Assembly (NCBI GenBank): GCA_963589385.1
Contig: CAVALS010000014.1
Coordinates: 1 to 42,051, forward strand
Length of the DNA stretch: 42,051 nucleotides
DNA from: Bacteroidaceae bacterium
GTDB lineage: Bacteria; Actinomycetota; Coriobacteriia; Coriobacteriales; Coriobacteriaceae
Direction of reading: 5' to 3'
The position numbers and the translations under genes are program-made. The notes beneath the pieces were generated by a model. It saw nothing but the letters and a program-made list of their open reading frames with translations, was not told the origin of the DNA and searched no databases. Shown piece after piece: positions 9,625 to 19,071 of this stretch (position 1 is the stretch's first letter; each line of letters opens with the position of its first letter).

Positions 9625-10752
9625 ATGGCCCCCGCTCAGGCAAGCCTGCTGGCCAAGCTCGACACCCAAGAGCGCGTTCGCGATTTTTTGACCAACGCCG
9701 TCGCCAGCGGCCGCGCATCGCACGCCTACCTGTTTTTGGGCGCTCCCGGTGCCGGCAAGCTCGATGCCGCATGGGCGCTCGCCCAGGCCTTCCTGTGCGA
9801 GCAGGACGGCTGCGGAGCATGCGACAGCTGCGTACGCGTTGCTCGGCATACGCATCCTGACGTGCACTATTACACGCCCGAGAGCGCCACAGGCTACCTC
9901 ATCGCCCAGACCCGCGAGCTGCTCGATGACGTGCCGCTGGCGCCCATCCGTGCCAAGGCCAAGGTCTACATCATCGACCATGCCGAGCAACTGCGCGCTA
10001 ACACCGCCAACGCGCTGCTCAAGACACTCGAGGAGCCGCCCGAGGGCGTTATGTTCATCTTGCTGGGCACTTCGGCAGACGTGATGTTGCCCACCATCGT
10101 GAGCCGCTGTCAGTGCGTGCCGTTTCGGCTGGTGTCGCCCACCGATGCCGCGCAGGCCGTGAGTCGCGCGACGGGCCAGGATCTCGCGCGCTGTCGCATG
10201 GCGGTCGCCGTGGCGGGAAGCCCCACACGCGGCATCGAGTTCCTTAAGAGTGCCGAGCGCCAGGATGCTCGCCGCCAGATGGTCCGCGCCATCGATTCGC
10301 TCATCGCTGCCGACGAGGCTGATGTGCTCAGCCGCGCCAAGTCGCTCATCGTCGCCGTTAAGGCACCGCTCGCCGAGGTCAAGTCCACACAGGAAAAGGT
10401 GCTCGAGCAAAACGCCGACTACCTGTCGCGTGGAGCATTGAAGCAGCTTGAGGACCGCAACAAGCGCGAACTCAACGCGCGCGAGCGTTCGGGTATCATG
10501 GAAGCGCTGGCGAGCGCGCGGACGCTCATGCGCGACGTGCTGCTGACGCTTCAGGATGAGGCGGCAGGCGTTGTGAACGAGGACGTGCGCGACACGATCG
10601 GGCGGCTTGCCGCGGCGACGAATGTTGCGGGTGCCACCCAGGCGCTCGAGGCGGTTGCCACGGCTGAGCGCAACATCGCCAGAAACGTTACTCCCCAGCT
10701 GGCCATCGAGGTCATGCTGTTCGATATCAGGAAGGCACTGAAATGCCGTTAG
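9625..10752 (+). CDS. holB: DNA polymerase III subunit delta-prime
   Basis: HAYLFLGAPGAGK, C-CGACDSC zinc, HPD, ANALLKTLEEPP, LPTIVSRC; canonical tmk-holB-yaaT order. Confidence 0.93.
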   Translation: MAPAQASLLAKLDTQERVRDFLTNAVASGRASHAYLFLGAPGAGKLDAAWALAQAFLCEQDGCGACDSCVRVARHTHPDVHYYTPESATGYLIAQTRELLDDVPLAPIRAKAKVYIIDHAEQLRANTANALLKTLEEPPEGVMFILLGTSADVMLPTIVSRCQCVPFRLVSPTDAAQAVSRATGQDLARCRMAVAVAGSPTRGIEFLKSAERQDARRQMVRAIDSLIAADEADVLSRAKSLIVAVKAPLAEVKSTQEKVLEQNADYLSRGALKQLEDRNKRELNARERSGIMEALASARTLMRDVLLTLQDEAAGVVNEDVRDTIGRLAAATNVAGATQALEAVATAERNIARNVTPQLAIEVMLFDIRKALKCR

Positions 10753-12437
10753 TCGTACCCGTTAAGTTTACCTACGCCTCGCGCGACCTGTGGTTTGACC
10801 CGCAGGATCTGGATATCCTCGAGGCCGATTATGCCATTTGCTCCACCGAGCGCGGAACCGAGATCGGCCTGGTCACGGCCGATCCCTTCGAGGTGCCGCA
10901 AGATGAGATCGGCCAGCCGCTCAAGCCCGTGCTGCGCGTGGCGAGCGACATCGACCTGCAGCTTGCCGACGACCTGGCCATCCAGGGCGACGAAGCGATG
11001 GTCGATTTCCGCCGTCTGGTCAAAGAGCTCGACCTCGAGATGAAGCCGGTCGGCGTCGAGTACCTGTTTGGCGGCGAGAAGGCCGTGTTCTACTTTGCGG
11101 CCGAGGAACGCGTCGATTTTCGTCAGCTCGTCAAGGACCTGTCCTCGACGCTGCACATTCGCGTCGACATGCGCCAGATTGGCGTGCGCGACGAGACCCG
11201 CCTGGTGGGCGGCTATGCCCAGTGCGGACAGGAGCTCTGCTGCACGCGCTTTGGCGGACAGTTTGAGCCCGTCTCGATTCGCATGGCAAAAGAGCAGGAC
11301 CTGCCGCTCAACTCGTCCAAGATCAGCGGCGTTTGCGGCCGCCTGATGTGCTGCCTGCGCTATGAGTTCGAGGCGTACAAGGACTTTAAGAGCCGCGCGC
11401 CCAAAAAGAAGACGCTCATCGATACGCCGCTCGGCAAGGCGCGTATCCAAGAATATGACACGCCGCGTGAGCAGCTGGTGCTGCGCCTGGAGAACGGCAA
11501 AGTCTTTAAGGTCAACCTGGCCGATATGACGTGCTCGGAGGGCTGCAAAAAGAAGGCCGCCGAGCAGGGCTGCAACTGCCGCCCCGACTGCGTGACGCGT
11601 GACGTGCTCGAGCGCATCGAGTCGCCCGAGATGCGCCTGGCGCTCATGGAACTCGATCGCGAGAACGGCGTCGACGTGGGCGATGGCCTGTCGAGCGCCG
11701 ATCGTCTGGCCGGCACATCGATGCCCAAGCGCCGTCGTCGCGATGCCGAATCCGATGCTCGCGCTGCTCAGGGCCAGGGCGAGGGCCGTGGCCGTGGAAA
11801 GGGCCGCGGCAAGGCCGAGGCACCCGAGGCCGAGGAGGCAGCCGGTGGCCGTCGCCGCCGCAAGCGCGCGGCGTCCGTCGTCAATGGCGAGGCCGCGGGC
11901 AAGAACGCTTCCCGCGAACGCGAGGCTCAGCAGCCCCAGCAGCAAAACCGCGGCGGTGGCATGAACCCCACGCGCCGTCGTCGCCGTCACCTGTCGAGCG
12001 AGGAGCGCGAGGACGCCTTCCGCGCCGCAGCCGCTCGCGAGGCTGGTGCCGCTCCCAAGGGTGGCTCGGGTTCCGACGTGCCTGCCGACAAGGCTGGCAA
12101 GCCGCGTGGCGAGGAGGAGCGCGCGTCACGTCCGCGTCGTCGCCATTCCTCGGGCACGCAGCAGAAGCCCTCGGTTCCTTCTGTGGCCGATCAGGTTTCG
12201 GATGGCGAAGTCAAGGTCACGCGCCGTCGCCCCGGCGATGGCGGAGGAGCTGCCGCCAAGGCTTCGCACGGTGCCGCTCGCGACGAGCGCGAACCGCGTG
12301 AGAATAGCGGTGGCGAGGGCTCGACCGACCAGGGTCAAAAGCGTCGCCGTCGCCGTCGCTCCCGCAAGCCGCGCCAGGACGGTGGTGAAGGCTCGACCCG
12401 CACCTCGTCCGCACCGCAACCGCCTGCCGGCGAATAA
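10743..12437 (+). CDS. ricT: PSP1 / RicT (YaaT) family protein with long Arg-rich disordered C-terminus
   Basis: RVDFRQLV, RQIGVRDE, CGQELCC, SIRMAKEQ, KISGVCGRLMCCLRYE. Confidence 0.9.
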   Translation: MPLVVPVKFTYASRDLWFDPQDLDILEADYAICSTERGTEIGLVTADPFEVPQDEIGQPLKPVLRVASDIDLQLADDLAIQGDEAMVDFRRLVKELDLEMKPVGVEYLFGGEKAVFYFAAEERVDFRQLVKDLSSTLHIRVDMRQIGVRDETRLVGGYAQCGQELCCTRFGGQFEPVSIRMAKEQDLPLNSSKISGVCGRLMCCLRYEFEAYKDFKSRAPKKKTLIDTPLGKARIQEYDTPREQLVLRLENGKVFKVNLADMTCSEGCKKKAAEQGCNCRPDCVTRDVLERIESPEMRLALMELDRENGVDVGDGLSSADRLAGTSMPKRRRRDAESDARAAQGQGEGRGRGKGRGKAEAPEAEEAAGGRRRRKRAASVVNGEAAGKNASREREAQQPQQQNRGGGMNPTRRRRRHLSSEEREDAFRAAAAREAGAAPKGGSGSDVPADKAGKPRGEEERASRPRRRHSSGTQQKPSVPSVADQVSDGEVKVTRRRPGDGGGAAAKASHGAARDEREPRENSGGEGSTDQGQKRRRRRRSRKPRQDGGEGSTRTSSAPQPPAGE

Positions 12438-12538
12438 CGTCCGTAAGCGGATGTGACCCGCCTGACCCCAGCGCCTCTGGGTATCATGGCTCTACACCGA
12501 CAACCCTCCCTTCGCCTTCGCGTAGGGAGGGTTGTGTC

Positions 12539-13345
12539 ATGAAGAGACATCTGAACGTATTGACTCGCTTGCAGGGCGCAGGTGTCCTACCGTTTGCGGA
12601 CGAATTGCTACCGCTTGCCGAGCACGCGACATACGAGGCGCTCGAGGCGTTGTCGCCTACGCGATGCGCCGGCTGCGAGCGTTCCGGTGCGCTGATCTGC
12701 CAGGATTGTCTGGCATCGCTCGCACTCATCGACCCGTGCCATAGCTGCATCCGATGCGGCGCCCCGTTTGGGGATTTGCTGTGCACCGAGTGCTCGGTCG
12801 AGGGCGCGTCTTCGGCAATGGCCGAGGCGCTCGATTGCTGCCTGGCGTGTGCCGTCTATGCACATCCGCTGCCGCGCATCATCAAGGTGTACAAGGATGC
12901 GGGCGAGCGCCGTCTGGCACCGTATCTGGCGGAGTTGCTCTACGACACTGCCTTGCATGCCCAGGTGGCAGCCCCCGATCGTTACGGCAGTGTGCTGTCC
13001 GGTGCGGACGCGGTGGTGTTTGTGCCCGCGACTGCGGCGGCGTTTCGGCGGCGTGGATTCGACCATATGGAAGCAATCGCGCGCTCGTTTTGCGATCTTT
13101 CGGGTGTCCCGTTGCTGGACGCCCTGGTCAAATACGGTCATGGTGACCAGCGAGAGCTCGGCCGCGATGAGCGCCGGGAGCATGCCCGGGGCATGTACGA
13201 GACGGTCGAGGATGTGCGCGGCCGCCGTCTGCTGCTCATCGATGATGTCATTACCACGGGCGCGACCATGGCAGCAGCCTCGGCGGAGCTCAAGCGTGCC
13301 GGTGCCGCAGCAGTCGATGGCCTCGCTATCGCACGCGTTTGGTAG
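12539..13345 (+). CDS. comF: ComF family protein (double zinc ribbon plus phosphoribosyltransferase domain)
   Basis: CAGC...CQDC...CIRC...CTEC, RRRGFDH, LLIDDVITTGAT. Confidence 0.9.
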   Translation: MKRHLNVLTRLQGAGVLPFADELLPLAEHATYEALEALSPTRCAGCERSGALICQDCLASLALIDPCHSCIRCGAPFGDLLCTECSVEGASSAMAEALDCCLACAVYAHPLPRIIKVYKDAGERRLAPYLAELLYDTALHAQVAAPDRYGSVLSGADAVVFVPATAAAFRRRGFDHMEAIARSFCDLSGVPLLDALVKYGHGDQRELGRDERREHARGMYETVEDVRGRRLLLIDDVITTGATMAAASAELKRAGAAAVDGLAIARVW

Positions 13346-13432
13346 GGGTGGTTTTGTGGCAGTGAAGATAGCGCGTGCGGCCCGTCCCGACCTGCGAAAT
13401 CTGTACTCGCGATGCGAATAACGTCCCTAACC

Positions 13433-13461
13433 TTAAACTATAGCTTGAACTTAGCTATAAT
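13433..13461 (+). promoter_or_regulatory. Probable sigma-70 promoter of the raiA-motif RNA
   Basis: Perfect TATAAT at 13456-13461, 7 nt before the RNA's 5' stem; TTAAAC 17 bp upstream as a possible -35. Confidence 0.6.
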
Positions 13462-13468
13462 GCCCTAC

Positions 13469-13733
13469 GTTCCTGCCAGGCTGTGGTTGCGGACGGACGA
13501 AATGCCCATCCTAGTCCAAGACAGACGCGGTCAAAGGGATCCACGTAAGCGGCCGCGTGCGCGCGGCGCGATCATGGCGCGTCCTAGATGTAAGCCGCAC
13601 CGTCCGTTCTACTTTCTTTGGGGCAATACCGCCTCGCGGGCGAGCGGGCCAGTCGTGAAGGTGGCTGCGGCCTCCCGAGCAAACGCCCCGGTGCGCAAGT
13701 GTGGGGTCAAATACCAGGTCAGCTGGTGGGAAC
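13469..13733 (+). ncRNA. raiA motif RNA
   Basis: Conserved raiA elements recognised from memory: TGTGGTTG, GATCCACGTAAG, CATGGCGC, TAGATGTAAG, GTGTGGGGTCAAATACCAGGTCAGC. The ends pair (GTTCCTGCCAG / CTGGTGGGAAC). Context comF - RNA - substrate-binding protein - raiA is the known neighbourhood. Confidence 0.85.
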
Positions 13734-13792
13734 AACCCGATATTCCGTGCGGGGCACGGATCGTATACGACACAGAAGGCAGGGTAGTGGAC

Positions 13793-14803
13793 ATGGTGAG
13801 GGGCAGCTTGATGCATGCGGCTCGGTTGGGTGCTGGGACCGCGGCGGTCATTGCCGTTTTGGGCCTGAGCGGATGCGCGTTCAATCCACTGTCCACGTTC
13901 ACGACGCCCACGATCGACCAGATCGAGCGCGAGACCGTTACCCCCACGGTATCGGACGATGCCCTGGTCACGCCGGGAACCCTGACGGTCGCCCTCGATA
14001 CTTCCGATGCCCCGCAAGCCATGCAGGATGCCGACGGAAACCTCACGGGCTATGCGGTCGATGCCGCTCGTGCCCTCGCGTGCCGCATGGGTCTCAAGGT
14101 TGCTTTTGTCGATGCGTCCTCGGCCGATTCCGCGCTCAGCGATAAAAAGGCCGACATCTTCATTGGCGACGTTAGGTCTACGGGCGGCGACATCAGCTCG
14201 CTTGGCACCTGTCTGTACGATGCTGCCGCCGTGTTCGGCAAGACCAGCGACGGAGAGTCCCCGAGTGTCTCAACCGACACGCTCAACACTGCTACCTTGG
14301 GCGTTCAGACTTCCTCGGCCTCGCAGGAAGCGCTTGCCAAGCAGAGCATCACGGCCAACCAAAAGACCTTCTCCAACATCAACGAGTGCTTCGAGGCACT
14401 CGAGTCGGGCGAGGTCGATTACGTGATCTGTGATTCCACGGCCGGTGGTTACCTCGCGCGCCTGATGAGCCAGATCTCCTATGTCGGCACGCTCGAGGCG
14501 CCCTCCACGCTTGGCGTCGCAGGCCTTAGCTCTAACGATGAGCTGTGCCGTGCCGTGAGTGATGCCCTCGACGGTATCACGGTCGACGGCACGCTCGAGG
14601 CGGTCCACTGCGTCTGGTATGGCCAAATGCCCTATGACCTTACCGCCAAGACTGTTCCGGGGGCCAATGTGCAGGCATCCGACTCCACGTCCAACGAGAC
14701 CGAGTCCTCCGATGGCGACGCCTCTGATAACAACGGCGACAGTCCGTCGTCTAGCCAGGAGGGCGCCATCACCGACGATGACATCAACAAGCTCAATAGC
14801 TAG
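13793..14803 (+). CDS. ABC-type amino-acid-family substrate-binding lipoprotein
   Basis: Lipobox LGLSGC, LVTPGTLTVALD, ECFEALESGEVDY (SBP family 3), Ser/Asp tail. The ORF-track extension to 13412 overlaps the ncRNA and is rejected. Confidence 0.8.
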   Translation: MVRGSLMHAARLGAGTAAVIAVLGLSGCAFNPLSTFTTPTIDQIERETVTPTVSDDALVTPGTLTVALDTSDAPQAMQDADGNLTGYAVDAARALACRMGLKVAFVDASSADSALSDKKADIFIGDVRSTGGDISSLGTCLYDAAAVFGKTSDGESPSVSTDTLNTATLGVQTSSASQEALAKQSITANQKTFSNINECFEALESGEVDYVICDSTAGGYLARLMSQISYVGTLEAPSTLGVAGLSSNDELCRAVSDALDGITVDGTLEAVHCVWYGQMPYDLTAKTVPGANVQASDSTSNETESSDGDASDNNGDSPSSSQEGAITDDDINKLNS

Positions 14804-14868
14804 TTATTGGTAGGGGTGGCGTCTGCCATACACCGAACAAGGCGCTTCTTCACGGTTTCAACACGCAT

Positions 14869-14909
14869 GGCCGGGTCTCCCAAATAGGGGAGCCTGGCTT
14901 TTCTATTTT
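14869..14909 (+). terminator. Intrinsic terminator
   Basis: GGCCGGGTCTCC / GGGGAGCCTGGC stem followed by TTTTCTATTTT. Confidence 0.6.
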
Positions 14910-15120
14910 GGTAAAACTAGCAGGTCAAAGCTAATTTCCAGGAGAAAAATTAACTCCGTCGACGCCTTCCTATAGCGCACTTTGCCACGGAAAAGTGCGA
15001 GACTTCGGTATGCGGTATCAAGCAGTCGTTATTCGGGTCTTTGGGAATTCGCGTGATTAAATGCACGGCAATGGGTACATAGCCAGTACAGTAAGTCCCC
15101 GAGGCAGATTGGAGCCACGT

Positions 15121-15705
15121 ATGGATATCAAGGTTTCTGGACGCAAGACGACGGTAACCGATGCTCTGCGTGCGCATGTGGATGAGAAAATCGGCGAGGC
15201 GCTCAAGGTTTTCGACATCGAGCCCATGACAGTCGACGTCGTGCTTCGTTATGAGAAGAACCCCTCGAACCCCAACCCGGCAATCGTCGAGGTCACGGTT
15301 CGTGCCCGCGGTTCGGTGATTCGCGTTGCCGAGCACGGTGCAGATATGTATGCCGCCATCGACCTCTCCGCCGATAAGGTCACCCGTCAGCTGCGCAAGT
15401 TCAAGACCAAGGTCGTGGACAACCGCCAGGGTGGTGCCAGCGCCGCGGATGTCGCACCGGTCGAGCGCGTCGAGGATCTGGCCGACCTGCTGCTGCCCGA
15501 GGAGGAGGACGATCTGCTCGTCCGCGAGAAGGTTATTGACGTCACCCCGATGACCGAGGAGCAGGCGCTGGTGCAGACCGATCTGCTGGGTCACGACTTC
15601 TACGTGTTCGAGAACGCGACGACCGGCCTCATCAATGTGGTGTATCACCGTAAGAATGGTGGATATGGCATCATCAAGCCTCGCATCGAAACACTTGACG
15701 AGTAA
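15121..15705 (+). CDS. hpf: Ribosome hibernation promoting factor, long HPF/RaiA
   Basis: MDIKVSGRK..VTDALR, DMYAAID...RQLRK.K, C-terminal PMTEEQA...LGHDFYVF...VVYHRKNGGYG. Confidence 0.95.
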   Translation: MDIKVSGRKTTVTDALRAHVDEKIGEALKVFDIEPMTVDVVLRYEKNPSNPNPAIVEVTVRARGSVIRVAEHGADMYAAIDLSADKVTRQLRKFKTKVVDNRQGGASAADVAPVERVEDLADLLLPEEEDDLLVREKVIDVTPMTEEQALVQTDLLGHDFYVFENATTGLINVVYHRKNGGYGIIKPRIETLDE

Positions 15706-15734
15706 AATACGTTAACTTGCATGAGTTAACGGTT

Positions 15735-15767
15735 GGCGGCCATCCCATGCGGGTGGCCGCCTTTTTT
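15735..15767 (+). terminator. Intrinsic terminator after hpf
   Basis: GGCGGCCATCC / GGGTGGCCGCC plus T6. Confidence 0.85.
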
Positions 15768-15785
15768 ACGTAAGGAGTCGCTTTG

Positions 15786-16739
15786 ATGGACAAGGCTGCA
15801 TCTACCGGCCATTCGGACCGTTGCCGCATCGTCGTCGATACCTGCTGCGACTTTAGTCCCGAGGTCGCCGCGAACCTTGATGTCGATATCCTAGGTTTCC
15901 CCTTCATTATCGATGGCGAAGAGCGCACGGATGACATCTGGTCGAGCATGAGCCCTAAGGAGTTCTACGACCGCATGCGCGCCGGTGCCCGCGTGTCCAC
16001 CTCGGCTGTGTCGCTCGGTCGCTATATCGAGTTCTTTACCGAGTGCGCCAAAGAGGGCACGCCCACGGTCTACCTGTGCTTTACCTCGGCGCTGTCGTCG
16101 AGCTACAACTCTGCGTGCCAGGCGGCAGATGCCGTGCGTGCCGAGTATCCCAACTTTGAGCTCTACGTGGTCGACAACGCCCTGCCCTGCGCGACCGGCG
16201 AGCTCCTGGCGCTTGAGGCCGTGCGCCAGCGTTCGGCGGGGCTGACCGCCAAGCAGCTGGTCGATTGGGCAAACGAGGCCAAGACCTACGTGCACGGTTA
16301 CTTTACGCTCGAGAGCTTCGATGCGCTGGCTGCCGGCGGCCGCATTCCGCCCGCGGCGGCGCAGCTCACGGCAAAGCTCGACGTCAAGCCCGAGCTCTCC
16401 TACGACCTGGCCGGCTCGCTGTCGCTGATCGGCGTCAACCGCGGCCGCAAGAAGGCGCTCAAGTCCATCCTCAAGTCGTTCCGCGAGAACTACGTGCCCG
16501 ACCGCACCATGCCCATCGCCATCATGACTGCCGATGCCGAGAAGGATGGTGACTGGCTCGAGGCCGCCGTTCGCAAGGAGGAGGGCTGCGCCGACGTCAC
16601 GATTATCCGTAGTTCCGTCGGTCCTACCATCGGCTCACACGTGGGGCCCGGCATGGTGGCACTTGCGTTTTGGGGCAAGAACCGCGCCGAGAAAGCCTCG
16701 CTTTCCGACCGCATCGCTCGCCGCGTGCGCGGGCAGTAG
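15786..16739 (+). CDS. DegV family fatty-acid-binding protein
   Basis: IVVDTCCD, STSAVS, SALSSSY, GGRI, KPEL, IGSHVGPG. Confidence 0.92.
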   Translation: MDKAASTGHSDRCRIVVDTCCDFSPEVAANLDVDILGFPFIIDGEERTDDIWSSMSPKEFYDRMRAGARVSTSAVSLGRYIEFFTECAKEGTPTVYLCFTSALSSSYNSACQAADAVRAEYPNFELYVVDNALPCATGELLALEAVRQRSAGLTAKQLVDWANEAKTYVHGYFTLESFDALAAGGRIPPAAAQLTAKLDVKPELSYDLAGSLSLIGVNRGRKKALKSILKSFRENYVPDRTMPIAIMTADAEKDGDWLEAAVRKEEGCADVTIIRSSVGPTIGSHVGPGMVALAFWGKNRAEKASLSDRIARRVRGQ

Positions 16740-16837
16740 GCAAGCGATGCGTCCGTAATCGCCCTCGACTCACAGCCCAAACGCTGGCACCGAGTATTCA
16801 ACCTGGTAATAACACCCAACCCAAAAGGAAAGGTTTC

Positions 16838-17917
16838 ATGGCAAACAAGCTCTCTGTCGCATTTATCGGCACCGGAATTATGGGTGCCCCCATTGCCGGC
16901 CACATTCTGGACGCTGGCTATCCCGTCACGGTCAACAACCGCACCAAGTCCAAGGCCGCAGCGCTCGTTGAGCGCGGTGCCGTCTGGGCCGATACGCCGG
17001 CAGATGCCGCGGCGAACGCCGACGTCGTCTTTACCATGGTGGGTTATCCCTCCGAGGTCGAGGAGCTCTACCTGGCGGGTGACGGTCTGCTCGCGTGCAC
17101 TAAGCCCGGTGCGGTCCTGATCGACCTCACCACGAGCTCGCCCGAGCTGGCGCGCGACATTGCCGAGGCCGCCCAGGTCTCCGGCCGCATGGCGTTTGAC
17201 TGCCCCGTCACCGGCGGCGAGTCGGGTGCCATCGCCGGCACGCTCACGGCTATCGTGGGCGCCACCGAGAACGACATCGCGCCGGTCCGCGACATCCTTT
17301 CCACCTTTGCGGCAACCATCTGCTGCTTTGATGGCGCCGGCAAGGGCCAGGCTGCCAAGCTTGCCAACCAGGTGTCGCTGGGCGCCTGCATGGTCGGCAT
17401 GGCAGACGCGCTGGCGTTTGCCGAGCTGAGCGGCCTTGATCTTGAGAAGACCCGTCAGATGATTCTGGGCGGCACCGGTAAGTCCGGCGCCATGGAGAGC
17501 CTGGCGCCCAAGGCGCTCGACGGCGACTACAAGCCCGGCTTTATGGTCGAGCACTTCATTAAGGACCTGCGCTTGGCGCTCGCCTATGCCGACGACCGCG
17601 AGCTTGCGCTGCCCGGCGCCGACGTGGCCTTTACGCTTTACGACATGCTCGATGCCATCGGTGGCGCCAAGCTGGGCACCCAGGCCGTCACGGTCCTCTA
17701 TAAGGAGGAGGCCGATGCCATCGCCGCCGGTCTGGACTGGTCGCAGTATCGTCCCGAGGAGCACGGTGCTCACGAGGAAGGCTGCGGTTGCGGCGAGCAT
17801 GGCGACGACCACGATTGCGGTTTTGTACACCACCATGGCGAGGACCACGAGTGCTGCGGCGGTCACGGTCATGACGACGGCCACGAGTGCTGCTGCGGCC
17901 ACCATCACGGGGAGTAG
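16838..17917 (+). CDS. NAD(P)-dependent beta-hydroxyacid dehydrogenase (3-hydroxyisobutyrate / tartronate semialdehyde reductase family) with His/Cys-rich tail
   Basis: FIGTGIMG, DCPVTGG, GQAAKLANQ, KDLRLAL; GAAAGG RBS before ATG 16838. Confidence 0.88.
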   Translation: MANKLSVAFIGTGIMGAPIAGHILDAGYPVTVNNRTKSKAAALVERGAVWADTPADAAANADVVFTMVGYPSEVEELYLAGDGLLACTKPGAVLIDLTTSSPELARDIAEAAQVSGRMAFDCPVTGGESGAIAGTLTAIVGATENDIAPVRDILSTFAATICCFDGAGKGQAAKLANQVSLGACMVGMADALAFAELSGLDLEKTRQMILGGTGKSGAMESLAPKALDGDYKPGFMVEHFIKDLRLALAYADDRELALPGADVAFTLYDMLDAIGGAKLGTQAVTVLYKEEADAIAAGLDWSQYRPEEHGAHEEGCGCGEHGDDHDCGFVHHHGEDHECCGGHGHDDGHECCCGHHHGE

Positions 17918-17922
17918 CGCCC

Positions 17923-18351
17923 ATGAGCTGGACGTTCGTGGTGCTTGCGCTGGCGCTCTTTCTCTTCGCGATCTACATCGGCTTTTTGTGCGGCCAGTGG
18001 GCGTGCGAAAAGCGCGTGATCACCAAGCGCGACTACTGGATTGCCAACTTTGCGGGAGCGGCGGCAGTCGTCCTGCTGACCTGGGTGTTCTCGCTGTTCC
18101 CGCTGGTGCAGTTTGCGCCGATCGGCTGGCTCGGCGGCTTTATCGCCGGCCTTAAGATGAGCTTTGGCGAGTCCGTCGGTCCGTGGCGCAAGCACGACGA
18201 GGTCTTTAACGTCAACAAGGCACACCGCGCCGCCGCCGACGCGGGCGATGCCGAGGAACGCCGCCGTGCGCGTCGTAATGGCGCTGCCGACCGACAGCTC
18301 ATCTCGGTCACCGATGACAGCAAGGGTGCTGGCAAGCACGCTAAGAAATAG
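17923..18351 (+). CDS. Small membrane protein, unknown function
   Basis: About 3 hydrophobic segments; GGAG RBS; tightly packed in the operon. Confidence 0.7.
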   Translation: MSWTFVVLALALFLFAIYIGFLCGQWACEKRVITKRDYWIANFAGAAAVVLLTWVFSLFPLVQFAPIGWLGGFIAGLKMSFGESVGPWRKHDEVFNVNKAHRAAADAGDAEERRRARRNGAADRQLISVTDDSKGAGKHAKK

Positions 18352-18366
18352 TAAAAAGAGGTAACT

Positions 18367-19065
18367 ATGGCAGAAAACAAAGACGAACAGCTCACCGACG
18401 AGGAGCTGGCACAGCTGCAGCTGGCAGAGGAGAACGAGAATGCCGTCGACCGTCTGGTCCAGGAGCTCGGCTGCCCCACGCGCCGCATCCGCCAGTTTGC
18501 CGCCCGCGTGCTGCACCTGCTCGCCGAGCGCGATCCGCAGCGCGTCGTGCCCTGCGTCCCCGCGCTGATCGAGGCGCTCGACCGCCCCGAGGCTCAGACC
18601 CGCTGGGAGGCCCTCGATGCCCTGACGGCGCTTGCCACCACCTGTCCCGAGCAGCTGGGCGATGCCTTTGAGGGCGCCGAGACCGCACTGTTCGACGAGA
18701 TTTCCTCCACGCTGCGCTATGCCGCCTTCCGCCTGCTGTGCGTGTGGGGCGCCACGAGCGTCGAGCGTTCGCGCGAGGCTTGGCCCATCCTGGACGAGGC
18801 CATTCAGTGCTACCACGGCGACCTCGAGTATCGCGACATGCTCGGTTGCCTGTACGAGTTTGGCCAGGGCGAGATCGACGCCGAGGTCGCCGAGAAGCTT
18901 GCGCTGCGCCTTAAGTTCGATGCCGAGAACGGCAAGGGCAGCTATCTCAAGGCCCGTTCGAGCGAGATTTGCGAAATGCTTGTTAAACGCTTTGACCTTG
19001 ATCTCTCCAAAAAGAAGAAGCGTGCTAGCGTTAAAAAATCTGACGCCGCCGAAGACGAGGAGTAA
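18367..19065 (+). CDS. HEAT-repeat-like helical protein
   Basis: VPALIEALD..EAQTRWEALDAL-type repeats; GAGG RBS. Confidence 0.7.
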   Translation: MAENKDEQLTDEELAQLQLAEENENAVDRLVQELGCPTRRIRQFAARVLHLLAERDPQRVVPCVPALIEALDRPEAQTRWEALDALTALATTCPEQLGDAFEGAETALFDEISSTLRYAAFRLLCVWGATSVERSREAWPILDEAIQCYHGDLEYRDMLGCLYEFGQGEIDAEVAEKLALRLKFDAENGKGSYLKARSSEICEMLVKRFDLDLSKKKKRASVKKSDAAEDEE

Positions 19066-19071
19066 CAGATT

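Noticed and set aside
13469..13733. RNase P, SRP or tmRNA identity for the ncRNA
   Set aside because: Lacks GAGGAAAGTCC, the SRP GGAAGGAAGCAGC loop and tRNA-like ends; the raiA motif fits.
13412..13792. N-terminal extension of the substrate-binding protein in the ORF track
   Set aside because: It overlaps the raiA RNA and its promoter; the signal peptide and lipobox begin near 13793-13811.
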